Shown: piece by piece, positions 15,981 to 26,900 of the stretch
Numbering within the stretch: the first letter of the stretch is position 1
Layout of the letters: every line of letters starts with the position of its first letter
From: a virus
Taxonomy: Duplodnaviria; Caudoviricetes
Length of the DNA: 34,443 nucleotides
Virus record (IMG/VR): IMGVR_UViG_3300016265_000376
Span: 1-34,443 of that record
Reading direction: 5' to 3' (one strand)
Program-made: the position numbers and the translations under genes
Notes under the pieces: generated by a model
The model's input: the letters and a program-made list of their open reading frames with translations, nothing else
The model's database searches: none
What the model was told of the DNA's origin: nothing

Positions 15981-18900
15981 TTAGCATGGATCTACCTCAG
16001 GAAGATTATCTATATCTGATTGTGTAGGATTAGTGGAATCTTTAGTGGTACTAGGACCAAAGTTAAAGCCAATTCCTTCTAGTACTTTTTTACCTTGTTC
16101 TTTGCCTATGTAGTAATTTAAAGTATTACTTAGTTCCTCTTGTATTAGTCTTTTGTTAGGAGTGCCTCCAGAAAAAGAATCTCTTAGTGGTAGCATTTTT
16201 TTAGATAAGTTATCTATAATAATCCAATTCTTTCCATCCTTATAGGTAAATAAATCTACATTTGGTTGATTATTTATCACAAGACCATATCCTTGTACGG
16301 AATCTAATCCTTCCTGTCTTTCAAATGTTTCTAGTTTGTTTGACCTAAAGGTTATTTCTTGTGGTTTGATTTCAGTAATACTAGTTTCAGCTACTTGTGG
16401 AGACAATTCAATACTAATATAAGTAGCTGTACTTTTACTACTCCAGCCTTTTCTTTGATTAAAAATTTCTCTAGGATATAAAATACCATCTCTAACTATT
16501 CCTCGATATCCTACCTGTACACCATAACGATTAACATAAGAAAGTTCTACTACATCATCTCTCTGTCTAAAGGTCTTTAACTCTACTTCAAAAGAAGTGT
16601 CAGATGTATTTATTTGTACCTTAGATCCTGCTTTTAAGTTAAAGTTCTGTTGGGTTTCTACTTGTGTTTCAGCTACTTGTGGAGTTGTAGCAAGTTTAAA
16701 TTCTATTTGCCAAGCTTCTTTAATTTTACTCTTTACATTTTTATTAAAGTAATCTACAGACCATCCCTCTAGTTTAGACCATGTCTCTGCAGTTTTACCT
16801 GATCCAACTAAAGGATGTAAAGCTTTAGTTACAACTACATCAACAGTACGATTGTCTGCAGATTTCCAAGTAATAACATCACCTACTTTAGCATTCTTCC
16901 AGTAATCAAGATTTTTGTCACTTTCATATCTAGTAGTTGCAGTGCGTTCTCCTTTAAGTATTGCATCAAAAGTTGTATCTGAGGTTACATCACTTCTCTT
17001 ATTAGCCCCATAAGAAAAAGTCATTTGTCCTTGAAACTTATTCTGTGCCTCAGCTTTTTGATTTGATGAAACAGGAGTATCTGTTTTAATACTAGATATA
17101 GATTCTCCTTTAGAGTAGGCAAGTATATTCTTTTCGTAGGTGCTAAGAAGACTAACTACACCTGGAGTTAGTTTAGTGAAAGTCTTACGTGTCTCAGGAT
17201 AATTATTCTCTAAAAACGACGCCAATAACTTCAACGGACCTGATCCCTCTAAAGTCATCTTAGTACTAAAACGTACTAGTGCCATATAAGCCTGAAAATT
17301 ATGTGAGTCCATTGCAGAAATCTTTTCAAGGGCATCTTTAGTATACTCAATATAAGCCTCATGAGGAACTACATTAGCTAATGCATCTTTAGTAAAATGT
17401 CCTCCATGTTGCAAATAACTTCCTAGTGCTAAATCAACAAAGAATTGCTTAACTTCAGGATTGCTGTGGTTTAGTCCTTCCAAAAACGCTTTTCTATAGT
17501 CTGTATTAAAGTCTCTGATTTCTGTATTCTTTAACTTAAACTCTATCTCAAAACCAGCGTCTTCACTTTCTACATACAAGTTATTGATTAAGAAGTTATT
17601 ACGCAAGTCTGGGTTTTGAAGAATATCAATAAACCTTTGCTCTATGTTATTAGGAGTGGTTCTATTAAACAAACCATTCTTTCCTCTGTAATACTCTAGG
17701 AGATTACCATTTTGATTACTAGCAGTAATCATAATGTAAGGGAGCAAAAGATTATTTTTAAATGTCTTTACAGTTTGAATTCTTTCTTCTTCTTTAAAAG
17801 TTCCTCTTCTGTCTAAGAAGTCATTAATCTGATTAAGAACTTCATCGGACTCAGACAACGGAAACACTTTAGACATGATTTCAGAAACTACCCCAGACAC
17901 ATTGAACTGAGCCAAAGCTGACTCTTCAAACATATAGTCTACAGCAGATACATTAAAGTCCCGATACAAGTCTTCTCTTCCTTTAGTTAACTCTACCGAT
18001 TGGAAAGAGGTTCTATAGTTAGTAGTGTTGAAATCAGAGAGAGAAGTAATCTTCCTTAAACTTTCTTGCTGTTTAACAACTACATAAAACTGTAAAAGAT
18101 AAGCCAACTCTCTCATATCAGCTTCTTCTTTCTCAAGAGTTTCGCTTGGATTAAAGTTTTTGATGTATGTATTTACTGAATCTAAAGTCAGCATCTCTAC
18201 ATACATACTAGCAATCTTAGAATCTGACAACTTTTTGTCTTGTGAAGCTGCATAACCAATAGCTTTTTGAATGTCCTCAAACTTCTCTTTAACCTCTTTA
18301 TTAGTTACTTGTTTTACTTTTGCTTTGATAAGAGCTAATGTGGCTGCTCGTTTGTTAGTTTTGTTTTGAGTTAACTTAGAGTCAATCTCGGGTCTGTTAG
18401 ATACCTTAAGGATGTTCTTAATTGTTGGAGAGTTAATGAAGTCCAACACATTCTTAATAGGAGTTCCTGCAAGAATCATTGCATGAGCTAATGGACTTGT
18501 TTCTTGATCAAGTCCTAACAAAATAATCCAGTCTTCTTTAGCAATATCTACGTGACCATTAATAAACTCACTTAGTACTTTGGAAATACGATTCTCTCCT
18601 AAAGCATCTTTCTTACCTCCTAGGAATATATTTCCTTTTTGTGTCTTATTCGCAGGAAAGTAATAAGTGTTTAGTAGAGTACTAGAGTAACGCAATCCTG
18701 CAATCTGAAACTCTTTCTGCATTGTATTAATCTTTGCATCAATACCCAACGCATCTTTAGAAAGAATGTTCTCTTTGTAGATACGCCAAGAGGTCAAAGG
18801 ATTAAATATGTCTGTAGAAGTAATAAGTTTACTTGGGTATGTGTACTGAGTTAATACACTGTTTGTATTAGGTGTGATAAGAGAATCATAAAACTCAGGC

Positions 18901-21900
18901 ATTTGCATTACAGCTTTGAGCGTAGCAGTTAAGTTATTAGTTAAAGACCTTTTATAGTCTCTAACCTCATTCATCTTACTGTTGATTCTTCTAAACTCTT
19001 CCCTAAGTTTACTTACAGTAGAAAGAATTCTTATGTCATTATCTGCATCAAATTTTTGTAAGTCAGCATATAGTCTTTGTAAATCTTCACTATAAGCATC
19101 TGCTTTAGCCATGACATCTCTTTCCTCTGCTGTAATTAGACCATTGTCAAGCAAATCATCTATAGCTTCTAAGTCTTCCTTGATTTGTGCTTTTAACTCA
19201 CCAATATCAAACTTAATTACCTCACGCTCCAAGAATACGCTATTACTAGAAATCTCTTGGTCAGCAAACTTAGCCAATGCTTTTAACTCTGCTTTTAAAA
19301 GTTTTAAGTCTTTTTGATTAGCTACCTTTTCAGAATACTCTTCAACATTAAATGGTTGATTTATAACCTCTCCTCTGAAGTCATAGCTAGTTTCAAAGAA
19401 AGTCAACTTATCAATATCATAGTCTCCTCCTGATTTAGTTACAATCTGTGCAGGAAGAACCATTATAGCTCCAGCAGATTCAGGTAAAAATTCCTTTATC
19501 ATAGCATACTCCATAGACTGTGCTCCTTGTACGGGAATACGTACACCTACCATAGTAAGTTTGTCCATATGCTTTTTACGCCAAGCAATATCTACAGCTG
19601 CGTTAGACTTAAGAATCTTATTAAGTTGAGCAATAGTTCCTACAGTACCTTCTTTATAACTTAAAGCTAGTAATCCTGCATGTTTCTTTACATTGAATCC
19701 TACTTTAACTTCCATTGGAAGTGTTTCTCCTGTTATAGGATCAGGTCTATAGAATTGTAAATCATTTGCTCCATACTGCAATAGTTGTTCTTTAGTAGGT
19801 CTAGCAAAACGTACAGTCTCAAATCCAGTACCTGCAACTTGAATGTAACTTTCTCCTGATACTTTCTGAGAGATAATTTTATTGTTGATTACATTAAGAA
19901 TAAGAGTCTCAATCTGACTTCTATCTGCTATTGCATCAAGAGGATATTTTAACTTATTATCTTCTCCTATTTGAATAAACTTACGTAACTCTTCTGGAGC
20001 TTCTCTGTCTTCAAACTCCTTAGCTAAGAACCTTGCTAATTGAAGTTCGTCTACCGCAGTAATAACTCCATCAGTTCTAGTTATACCTAACTTTCTTTCT
20101 AGTTTAATCTGCTCTAGTTTGACAAGATCATTAATATTCTTTTTGAACTGCTCATACAGTCCGCCAATTTTCTCTTTAGTAGAGTCACTGTAATCTTCTG
20201 ATATTAATCCATCTTCAAAGAAATCTCCAAAAACCAACTTCATCATCTGAGTAGACAAAGTGCTGGCAGATTTAAACTTAGGAGCTTGATACTGTTGCTC
20301 CCTCAAGTTAGACAAATGTAATGTAGTTACATTCTCTTCTCCTAAATCATCGTTTGGAACTAAAGTGGATACTCCATCCTCTCCTACCTGTTCTTTGTAG
20401 AAGTTTGCAGACTTGCCATAGTTGCTCATCTTTGATCCTGACTTGAATGTATAATAGTTAATCTTGTTCTTATACATTATGTCAAGCTGTTTCTCTAACT
20501 GCTTGCCTTCTATACTTGTAGGAATTAAAGGAACTAGCGAGAACTTGTGCAAACCTACTAGTTTAGGATCTTCTACGATAGGACCGAAATGTCCTAACTT
20601 TAAAGGAGGAAATAAACCTAACCCTGTAGTTTCTTTTATTTCATTCTTTTCTTTTATAAGTTCTGCCGCATTAGCTGGATTTGTTTTAAGCTCTTGATTA
20701 ATCTGAGCAAATCTAACTTGTTTGTTATATGCCTCTTCTTGAGCCTCACTCCATCTATTTCCTCCAAGAGATAGAAGATAGTTTCTGTAAAAATCTAATG
20801 TAATAACACCTTGACCATCTGCTTCTTTAGCTCCATCGGTGTATGCAATAAACTCTGAGTTCTCACTCTCTGTCAAAGAATCCCAGTTCCCACTATCGTA
20901 AACTTGTTTGTATACATCATACTGGTCTTTGCTAAAACTTAAAACATCATTGTAAATTGTAGTGCGTACTACAGGACTAAATTTGTTTTCAACTCCGCTA
21001 TAAGCTTTACTTAAAGCATCTTGGTTAGTATCAGTCTCAAAGAACTCTTCTACTACACTATCCCAAAATGCAACATTACCAGGAGAACTTGCAAAAGGAA
21101 TACGTTTAAAAACTTCTCTGAAATCTCCTTTGAATTGGAAGTTAGCAATGTCTCCAATAAAGAACTTTAAGAACTCTACGTTATGTATAAATCCATTCTT
21201 GAGATATAGTTGGGCTAGGTAAGGAAGATTCTCAGGAGTAATTGCTGGAATGTCTTTTCTCATTTCTGCAGGTAGCAATTGACTGTTGATTATATTCAAT
21301 TTGCTCATCTGCTCTGCTGTTAGTTTGAGTCTTTGAGATTTAGTTAATTCTACGCCTGTTGTAATGTTTATAGGCAAACTAAAGATATCTACTAACTCAT
21401 CTACTAACTGTTCTGCTTGTTCACTAAAGTAGTTTTGAAGTACAGTAGACATCATACTAGTTGCTTCTGTATATGTTTCTACTAACTCTTGTTTAGTCGT
21501 AGCATTAATAAATCTGTCTACTATGTTCTTAGGCAAGATATCTGCAAAGATGAACAGGTTCTTTCCTACTTTACCATAGTTGTTATCTGTGTTTGGATTA
21601 TCTAATAGAAGAGCAAGTCTATTTACTTCTGACCCTAAATACCCTATAAATATATCAGTCAACTCTTTCTCTGCCTCCGTCTGTTCAACAGGACTAGTAA
21701 GTTGACTGCCACTCATAGGAACATATATCTTATCTGCCAACATTGGGCTAGATAAAGTAGAGGCAAATGCACTTGACTTATCTCCAAAACGTATGTTTTC
21801 TACAACTGTAGATTGAAAGAAAGAAGCAAAGTCTTGGAAAATTTTATCTCCTGGATGTTGGTCTGTAGTGACTTTACCTGACTTAGCCCCTAAGTTTTTA

Positions 21901-23993
21901 ATTTCAGTTCCTCCAAAGTCTAAAATATTAATCTCAACGGGATTCCCTAAAGAATCTTTTTTACGAGTATATGAAGAAAGTGGGTTTGCTTCTATGGCTT
22001 TTTTGTTTGTAGGCAAACCAAACATCTTACTTAACCAAACAGATCCTAGGATATCTGGATTTCTTCTATAGTCAAATTTTTCTAACCCTGGAGTGTTAAT
22101 CAACGTTTCGTAGTCAGTAGCGTTGTTTATCTCATTAGTCATTTGAGTTAAAAAGAACCAAGGTCCTCTCACAAACTTTTGTTTCTCTGCGGCATTCAGG
22201 TAAGAACTTGGTCTAAACTCTGTATCATACTGGCTAAAGAAAGTTATAAATGGCTGTAACTCAGTTCTTTTGATACCTAAGTACTCAATAACTTTTTTCT
22301 CTTTTGCCTTATACTTAATCTTGTTATCTTCTATTGCTTTATTTATAGCGCTAAGTATAACTGGTTTCAATGTCTTACCTTCGGCTAAAGTACTTTGAAT
22401 AGTATCTCTGACAAAAGCTAGTGGAGTACTAGTAGTAATTTTTTCCCCTTCGGGTAGATACTCATTGATAATAGATACATTCTTTAGTTTCTCATAGATA
22501 GTTTTTAGACTAGCTAAGTTTGCTAAAATAAAATCAAAAGTTGCTTTCTTGTTATCACTTTGTAAGTACGCTTGGTTGTTTAGGCCTAAACCTAAAGCCT
22601 GCATAAAGTATATAAACTCCCAAGTTCTGCTAGGAGTTAAGAAGTTAACTAGAGGTACTTTTTGTCCTAAGGCTGCTCCAAGGTTCATAAACAATGCTGC
22701 ATAGTCTTTTACTATGGCATCAATATTCACTTCATTACCTTCTACTCCAGTCATCTTATACCTTTGATTATAACTGAAGTATTGAGAGTCATATAAACCT
22801 ACTGCATTCTTAATAGGTTGGAATCCTTTTACCTGTTGAGTAGTAGCAATAGCTCCATTCTGTTTCTTGGATACATCTAAGACCACAGAGAAAACTTCAG
22901 GAGTACTGAATACTCTTTTAAACTCACTAGTAATTAAAAATTGTTTTATGTTACCAACCGAACCTTGTACTGTTGGATTTGGAATTTTTGCTAATAAGAA
23001 CTTAAACTGAGGATACCTTTCAGACAATACTGTAATTGCCTTATACATATCACTATAAGAAGTTAAACCTGCTAGGTTTTGTCCTAATAAGTTCCAGTTT
23101 TTTTGGAAGTCTCCTGCTTTAGGTAATCCTAAAACTGTTCCTTTGTTCTGTATAGAAGTTACTTCTTGGTATTCTTCACCTGTCTCAAAATCAATTTCTC
23201 CAGGAATAGCATATCTATACTGAGGTAAAGACATAACCATACCTAGTAACATAGAAGAAGCTCTTTCTTTTTGAGACTTTTCTTTAGATTTCCAATCTTC
23301 TGAATCTTCTAACTTAGTTTCTAAAACTTCTTCTCCAACTAATCCATCTTTAGAATCATACCAAGATTTTATAAAATCATAGTTATCAATAATTTGAGTT
23401 AGATGTACAAGCTTTTGAATATCCCCATCAAAGTGTTTTTTCTCTTGAACTCTTGCAACTAGAATATCTCTTTGATTTACAAGTTCTGTGTATACAGCAG
23501 TCCAACTTTTACCAATACCTAATAAGTATTGTAATGTATCGTAAATCTCCTGACCTTGCTCACTAGAAAAGTAGAATACTTTTTTTTGTCCATCAACTTC
23601 TCCTTGATTGATTGTAATAGACATGTTTGTAGGCAAGTTAATGCTTGCCTTTATCTGCTCTCTTTGTTCTTGAACTTTTCTTTGTTTCTTCTCAACATAG
23701 TCTACTACTTGCTCTAATGTGTAATCTCCCTGTTCGTTAGGAGTATACTCATTAGTAAATATAGGAAGAAAACTTTGTGCAACTAAACGCAATGCTGTTT
23801 CCCTATTACCATTAGTAACAGGATGGTTTAGTAATGCTTGAAAAAGAGGGTTATCTATTACCTCGTTTCCTACTTTCTTTTTATCTAAAGGTTGTTCATT
23901 GTTTGCATTCCAAACAAAAATCATTACAGCGTCTGATAGAAACCTTTTGTATTCTTTTTCGTAAGAAGTTCCTTTTATACTACAAGCATTCAT
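15981..23993 (-). CDS. crAss-like single-subunit (two-barrel) virion RNA polymerase with C-terminal ASCH and accessory domains (~2670 aa)
   Basis: Catalytic loop GGDYDIDKL (DxDxD at 19410-19424; DFDID in phi14:2 gp66), preceded by GVRIPVQGAQSM. Beta-like barrel motifs ADGQG, PPLK, HKFSLVPL, SGSK. Likely start is the ATG at 23993, 2 nt after the upstream stop. Confidence 0.88.
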   Translation of the reverse strand: MNACSIKGTSYEKEYKRFLSDAVMIFVWNANNEQPLDKKKVGNEVIDNPLFQALLNHPVTNGNRETALRLVAQSFLPIFTNEYTPNEQGDYTLEQVVDYVEKKQRKVQEQREQIKASINLPTNMSITINQGEVDGQKKVFYFSSEQGQEIYDTLQYLLGIGKSWTAVYTELVNQRDILVARVQEKKHFDGDIQKLVHLTQIIDNYDFIKSWYDSKDGLVGEEVLETKLEDSEDWKSKEKSQKERASSMLLGMVMSLPQYRYAIPGEIDFETGEEYQEVTSIQNKGTVLGLPKAGDFQKNWNLLGQNLAGLTSYSDMYKAITVLSERYPQFKFLLAKIPNPTVQGSVGNIKQFLITSEFKRVFSTPEVFSVVLDVSKKQNGAIATTQQVKGFQPIKNAVGLYDSQYFSYNQRYKMTGVEGNEVNIDAIVKDYAALFMNLGAALGQKVPLVNFLTPSRTWEFIYFMQALGLGLNNQAYLQSDNKKATFDFILANLASLKTIYEKLKNVSIINEYLPEGEKITTSTPLAFVRDTIQSTLAEGKTLKPVILSAINKAIEDNKIKYKAKEKKVIEYLGIKRTELQPFITFFSQYDTEFRPSSYLNAAEKQKFVRGPWFFLTQMTNEINNATDYETLINTPGLEKFDYRRNPDILGSVWLSKMFGLPTNKKAIEANPLSSYTRKKDSLGNPVEINILDFGGTEIKNLGAKSGKVTTDQHPGDKIFQDFASFFQSTVVENIRFGDKSSAFASTLSSPMLADKIYVPMSGSQLTSPVEQTEAEKELTDIFIGYLGSEVNRLALLLDNPNTDNNYGKVGKNLFIFADILPKNIVDRFINATTKQELVETYTEATSMMSTVLQNYFSEQAEQLVDELVDIFSLPINITTGVELTKSQRLKLTAEQMSKLNIINSQLLPAEMRKDIPAITPENLPYLAQLYLKNGFIHNVEFLKFFIGDIANFQFKGDFREVFKRIPFASSPGNVAFWDSVVEEFFETDTNQDALSKAYSGVENKFSPVVRTTIYNDVLSFSKDQYDVYKQVYDSGNWDSLTESENSEFIAYTDGAKEADGQGVITLDFYRNYLLSLGGNRWSEAQEEAYNKQVRFAQINQELKTNPANAAELIKEKNEIKETTGLGLFPPLKLGHFGPIVEDPKLVGLHKFSLVPLIPTSIEGKQLEKQLDIMYKNKINYYTFKSGSKMSNYGKSANFYKEQVGEDGVSTLVPNDDLGEENVTTLHLSNLREQQYQAPKFKSASTLSTQMMKLVFGDFFEDGLISEDYSDSTKEKIGGLYEQFKKNINDLVKLEQIKLERKLGITRTDGVITAVDELQLARFLAKEFEDREAPEELRKFIQIGEDNKLKYPLDAIADRSQIETLILNVINNKIISQKVSGESYIQVAGTGFETVRFARPTKEQLLQYGANDLQFYRPDPITGETLPMEVKVGFNVKKHAGLLALSYKEGTVGTIAQLNKILKSNAAVDIAWRKKHMDKLTMVGVRIPVQGAQSMEYAMIKEFLPESAGAIMVLPAQIVTKSGGDYDIDKLTFFETSYDFRGEVINQPFNVEEYSEKVANQKDLKLLKAELKALAKFADQEISSNSVFLEREVIKFDIGELKAQIKEDLEAIDDLLDNGLITAEERDVMAKADAYSEDLQRLYADLQKFDADNDIRILSTVSKLREEFRRINSKMNEVRDYKRSLTNNLTATLKAVMQMPEFYDSLITPNTNSVLTQYTYPSKLITSTDIFNPLTSWRIYKENILSKDALGIDAKINTMQKEFQIAGLRYSSTLLNTYYFPANKTQKGNIFLGGKKDALGENRISKVLSEFINGHVDIAKEDWIILLGLDQETSPLAHAMILAGTPIKNVLDFINSPTIKNILKVSNRPEIDSKLTQNKTNKRAATLALIKAKVKQVTNKEVKEKFEDIQKAIGYAASQDKKLSDSKIASMYVEMLTLDSVNTYIKNFNPSETLEKEEADMRELAYLLQFYVVVKQQESLRKITSLSDFNTTNYRTSFQSVELTKGREDLYRDFNVSAVDYMFEESALAQFNVSGVVSEIMSKVFPLSESDEVLNQINDFLDRRGTFKEEERIQTVKTFKNNLLLPYIMITASNQNGNLLEYYRGKNGLFNRTTPNNIEQRFIDILQNPDLRNNFLINNLYVESEDAGFEIEFKLKNTEIRDFNTDYRKAFLEGLNHSNPEVKQFFVDLALGSYLQHGGHFTKDALANVVPHEAYIEYTKDALEKISAMDSHNFQAYMALVRFSTKMTLEGSGPLKLLASFLENNYPETRKTFTKLTPGVVSLLSTYEKNILAYSKGESISSIKTDTPVSSNQKAEAQNKFQGQMTFSYGANKRSDVTSDTTFDAILKGERTATTRYESDKNLDYWKNAKVGDVITWKSADNRTVDVVVTKALHPLVGSGKTAETWSKLEGWSVDYFNKNVKSKIKEAWQIEFKLATTPQVAETQVETQQNFNLKAGSKVQINTSDTSFEVELKTFRQRDDVVELSYVNRYGVQVGYRGIVRDGILYPREIFNQRKGWSSKSTATYISIELSPQVAETSITEIKPQEITFRSNKLETFERQEGLDSVQGYGLVINNQPNVDLFTYKDGKNWIIIDNLSKKMLPLRDSFSGGTPNKRLIQEELSNTLNYYIGKEQGKKVLEGIGFNFGPSTTKDSTNPTQSDIDNLPEVDPC
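16384..16684. repeat. Perfect 19 bp direct repeat GTTTCAGCTACTTGTGGAG (16384-16402 and 16666-16684)
   Basis: Read directly; encodes PQVAET twice, 282 nt (94 codons) apart. Confidence 0.9.
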
Positions 23994-23995
23994 TT

Positions 23996-26900
23996 TTAGC
24001 AATCTTTTTCGTTAATAGCGTCTGGAGGAATGTTACCTTCTTGGGGTAAGGTAATTGAGTAATCATCCAAGTTAATGCCTAACGAAGATAATACATCTAC
24101 AGTAGTTTGTGCATTTTCACTTACAACTTCTGGTATATTTTCTGTTATAGTTTCGACACTAATTGGAGTTGCGGGTGCAGGAATACTTGGTTTAACGGTA
24201 CGAGTATTAATCTGTTTAATAATTTTAGCATCATAACTTAATTTAATTAAATCTTTAGATGCTGCATTTTTATGTTTAGCAATTACTTCGGCTTTCTTAC
24301 TACCTAACCCTAAATCATTGATTGAGATTATACCGTCTTCTTCTGTGTATTGAGAAGCAAAAGCAAGAATACTAATTGAATCTACAGGTAAACCAAAGTC
24401 CTCACCTAGTATAGCATATGTAGTTTGTTGGGTAGACCACTTACTTACGTTAGATGGATACCCTTGTTTAGAACTATACATGGTGTTTACAAATCTCTCT
24501 TCATCCTTAAACTTCTTATTCTTAAAGTCAATGATATGTACTTTACCATCAGGATCTACGGCAAGAATATCCATAGCACCTGCTACGCCTTGTAATCCTG
24601 TTTCTTGTTTTTCCTTTTCAGTAAACTCACGATGGATAATAAGACCTTCAGTAAACAACTTCCATCCTTGGCCAATTAACTCATCACGCACAGCTTCTAA
24701 CTCTGCTACTAAATCATCAAACTGTGCTTGTGTAAAGAATAACTCATATCCTTTACCATCACGCAATCTTTTACCCATCTTTTGAGCTTCAGTAATATAC
24801 TCAGATAGGCTCTTAACTCTATTACCGCCAAGAACGTCACGGCCAATGATATCAAGTAAGTTACCTACCGCTGCTCCCATTTCCATATTAACTTGTGAGT
24901 CTTCAGTTTCTACTGTCTTCTCCCCAAGAACTCTTTTAACAAAAGCTGATTGTCTTTCGTATTTCTTTCCTCCAATAATATATCCTACTTTATCGGGGTC
25001 AGGAATTGTCTTAGAATCTGCAATCATTTTCTCTACAGCCTTTATAGTACTTTCTTGAGTTACTCTGATAGGATTGGCAATTGTGGCTGATACTTGTTTG
25101 GCTTGAGTAATAACTTCTTCAGTAGGCATCTTTTCCTGATTTATTACATTACCTATACTAAACTCAAAGGCATAGTCGCTAGGAAGTACTTGTTCGCTGC
25201 CATCCTCATTCTTAATAGTTGTAAGGGGTCTTACACTTAATACAGGTTTTGTAATAGGAGCATTTATCCTAACTCTATTTCCTTCAATCAAACCAGCCCT
25301 TAAGTCGTCAAAACTTTTATCTACCTCATTTGGATTTTCTACAGATTTTTTAACAGGCAAATACATTACAAGTGTATGGTCTCCATTTGCATCTCTATTT
25401 CCTTCTTTAGAATATTTTTGTACTTTACCTTCAGAATTTATAGATGTAAAAGTAAGTACATTTAAATCAGTAAACATAGAAGGCCTACTTCCTATTTGAG
25501 GATACTTTAGTCCAGTTATTTTATCTTTGGTTCTATCAACTTTTAACCATAAGTCTGATCCATCTGCTTTGCCTCCTCTTACCAAGAATAACATCATATT
25601 ATCCTTAGCACGGATAATTACATTTTTGTATTCTTTACCACTTGCAAGTTTTACATCTACTGTTTTGTTTTTATTCAACTCTAACAATTCTGCATCTGTA
25701 GCATTCAGATTTAACTCTCCTTGTGGAATAGTCTTATTTATCATTTGAGTATCAAACATATAATTAAGAACAGATTGTTTTAGAAATCCAGTAGGAAACA
25801 AACCCATAAATTGACTTCTTAACTCACTGATTCTTTCCTTTGTTGTATTTGGATTCTGTACTTCATTATAAATAGTTTCTAAAGTATTCAAAGTATCAAC
25901 TCCCATTACATCTTCGATAAGACTAAACAAGTCAACTATTCCAGTTTGCGAACTTTTTTTATCTGCTACTTCTTTATTGAGAGTATTAATAATTCTTTCT
26001 TGTATGTTAAAGAAAGGAAGATTCTGTGCCTCTTTTTCATAAATGGGTCTAAATATCGGAGACGTAGTTAAGACTTTACTCTGTTCTGCTATTTGACTTT
26101 CTTCTGCAACTGTAGGTTTCTTAGTAGCTTTAGTCTTCCTAGTTTTTTTCTTTGTGTTCTCTTTAGTTTGTTCTACGTTATCTACTACAGGTTCAACTGG
26201 TTTTTCTAAAGCAGCTAGTTCTGAATCGTATTTAGCATTGATTCCCTTTAGGAAAAATTTTTCAATATCTTTTAAGTCTTGAATGGCTATTCTTTTAGCG
26301 TCAGAGAGCTGACTTGCAACAGCAATAGTAGCATTAAAACCCATGCTCATATCAGAAGATGTTCTTCCCGATATATCCTCTATGGTCTTTAATAACTCTT
26401 CTTTACTTTTAGAATCATTAATTCTTCTTTCCCAATTTAATTCTTCCTGCCTTTTTCTTTCTATATCAGCTTTAGCGTCTTCCAAAGATATATCTGTAGC
26501 AATACCTAATTGATCTGCAGCATTTGTTACAGCCTGTTGAGTAGGAGCAGTTGTTTCGGTCATCCTAGCCAACTGATACAAAGCAAATGTATGTGTGTAG
26601 TCAGCTTCATCTACTGGTTGATTATTAGCAACCATATCCATCTGATTCAGAGTCTTTTGAATTTGAGCATTGTCTTTGCCCAAAGCCTGCATCAAAGCAG
26701 CCATCTTAGCTTTAGCAGAGTTAATGTCTGTAGTCTTAACTATATCTTTTATAGCATTGTTTACATACTCTGTTCTTTCTTTAGGTATAGTACTAATAAC
26801 CTCTGCTTCTCCAGTAATCTCACTAACTATGATTTCTTCACTTTCAGTAGGTAATTCTTCTAACGCCTCCATAGAGTCTTGGAACTCTTCAGTTACATCC

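Noticed and set aside
15981-23993. Intein or intron in the RNA polymerase
   Set aside because: The ORF is continuous, has no internal Cys and shows no recognisable splicing or homing-endonuclease motifs. The helical stretch after DYDID looks like a coiled-coil insertion.
23994-24002. TTG start at 24002 for the RNAP given by the ORF track
   Set aside because: The ATG at 23993, 2 nt after the upstream stop, is more plausible and gives an M-x-x-C start like the neighbouring genes.
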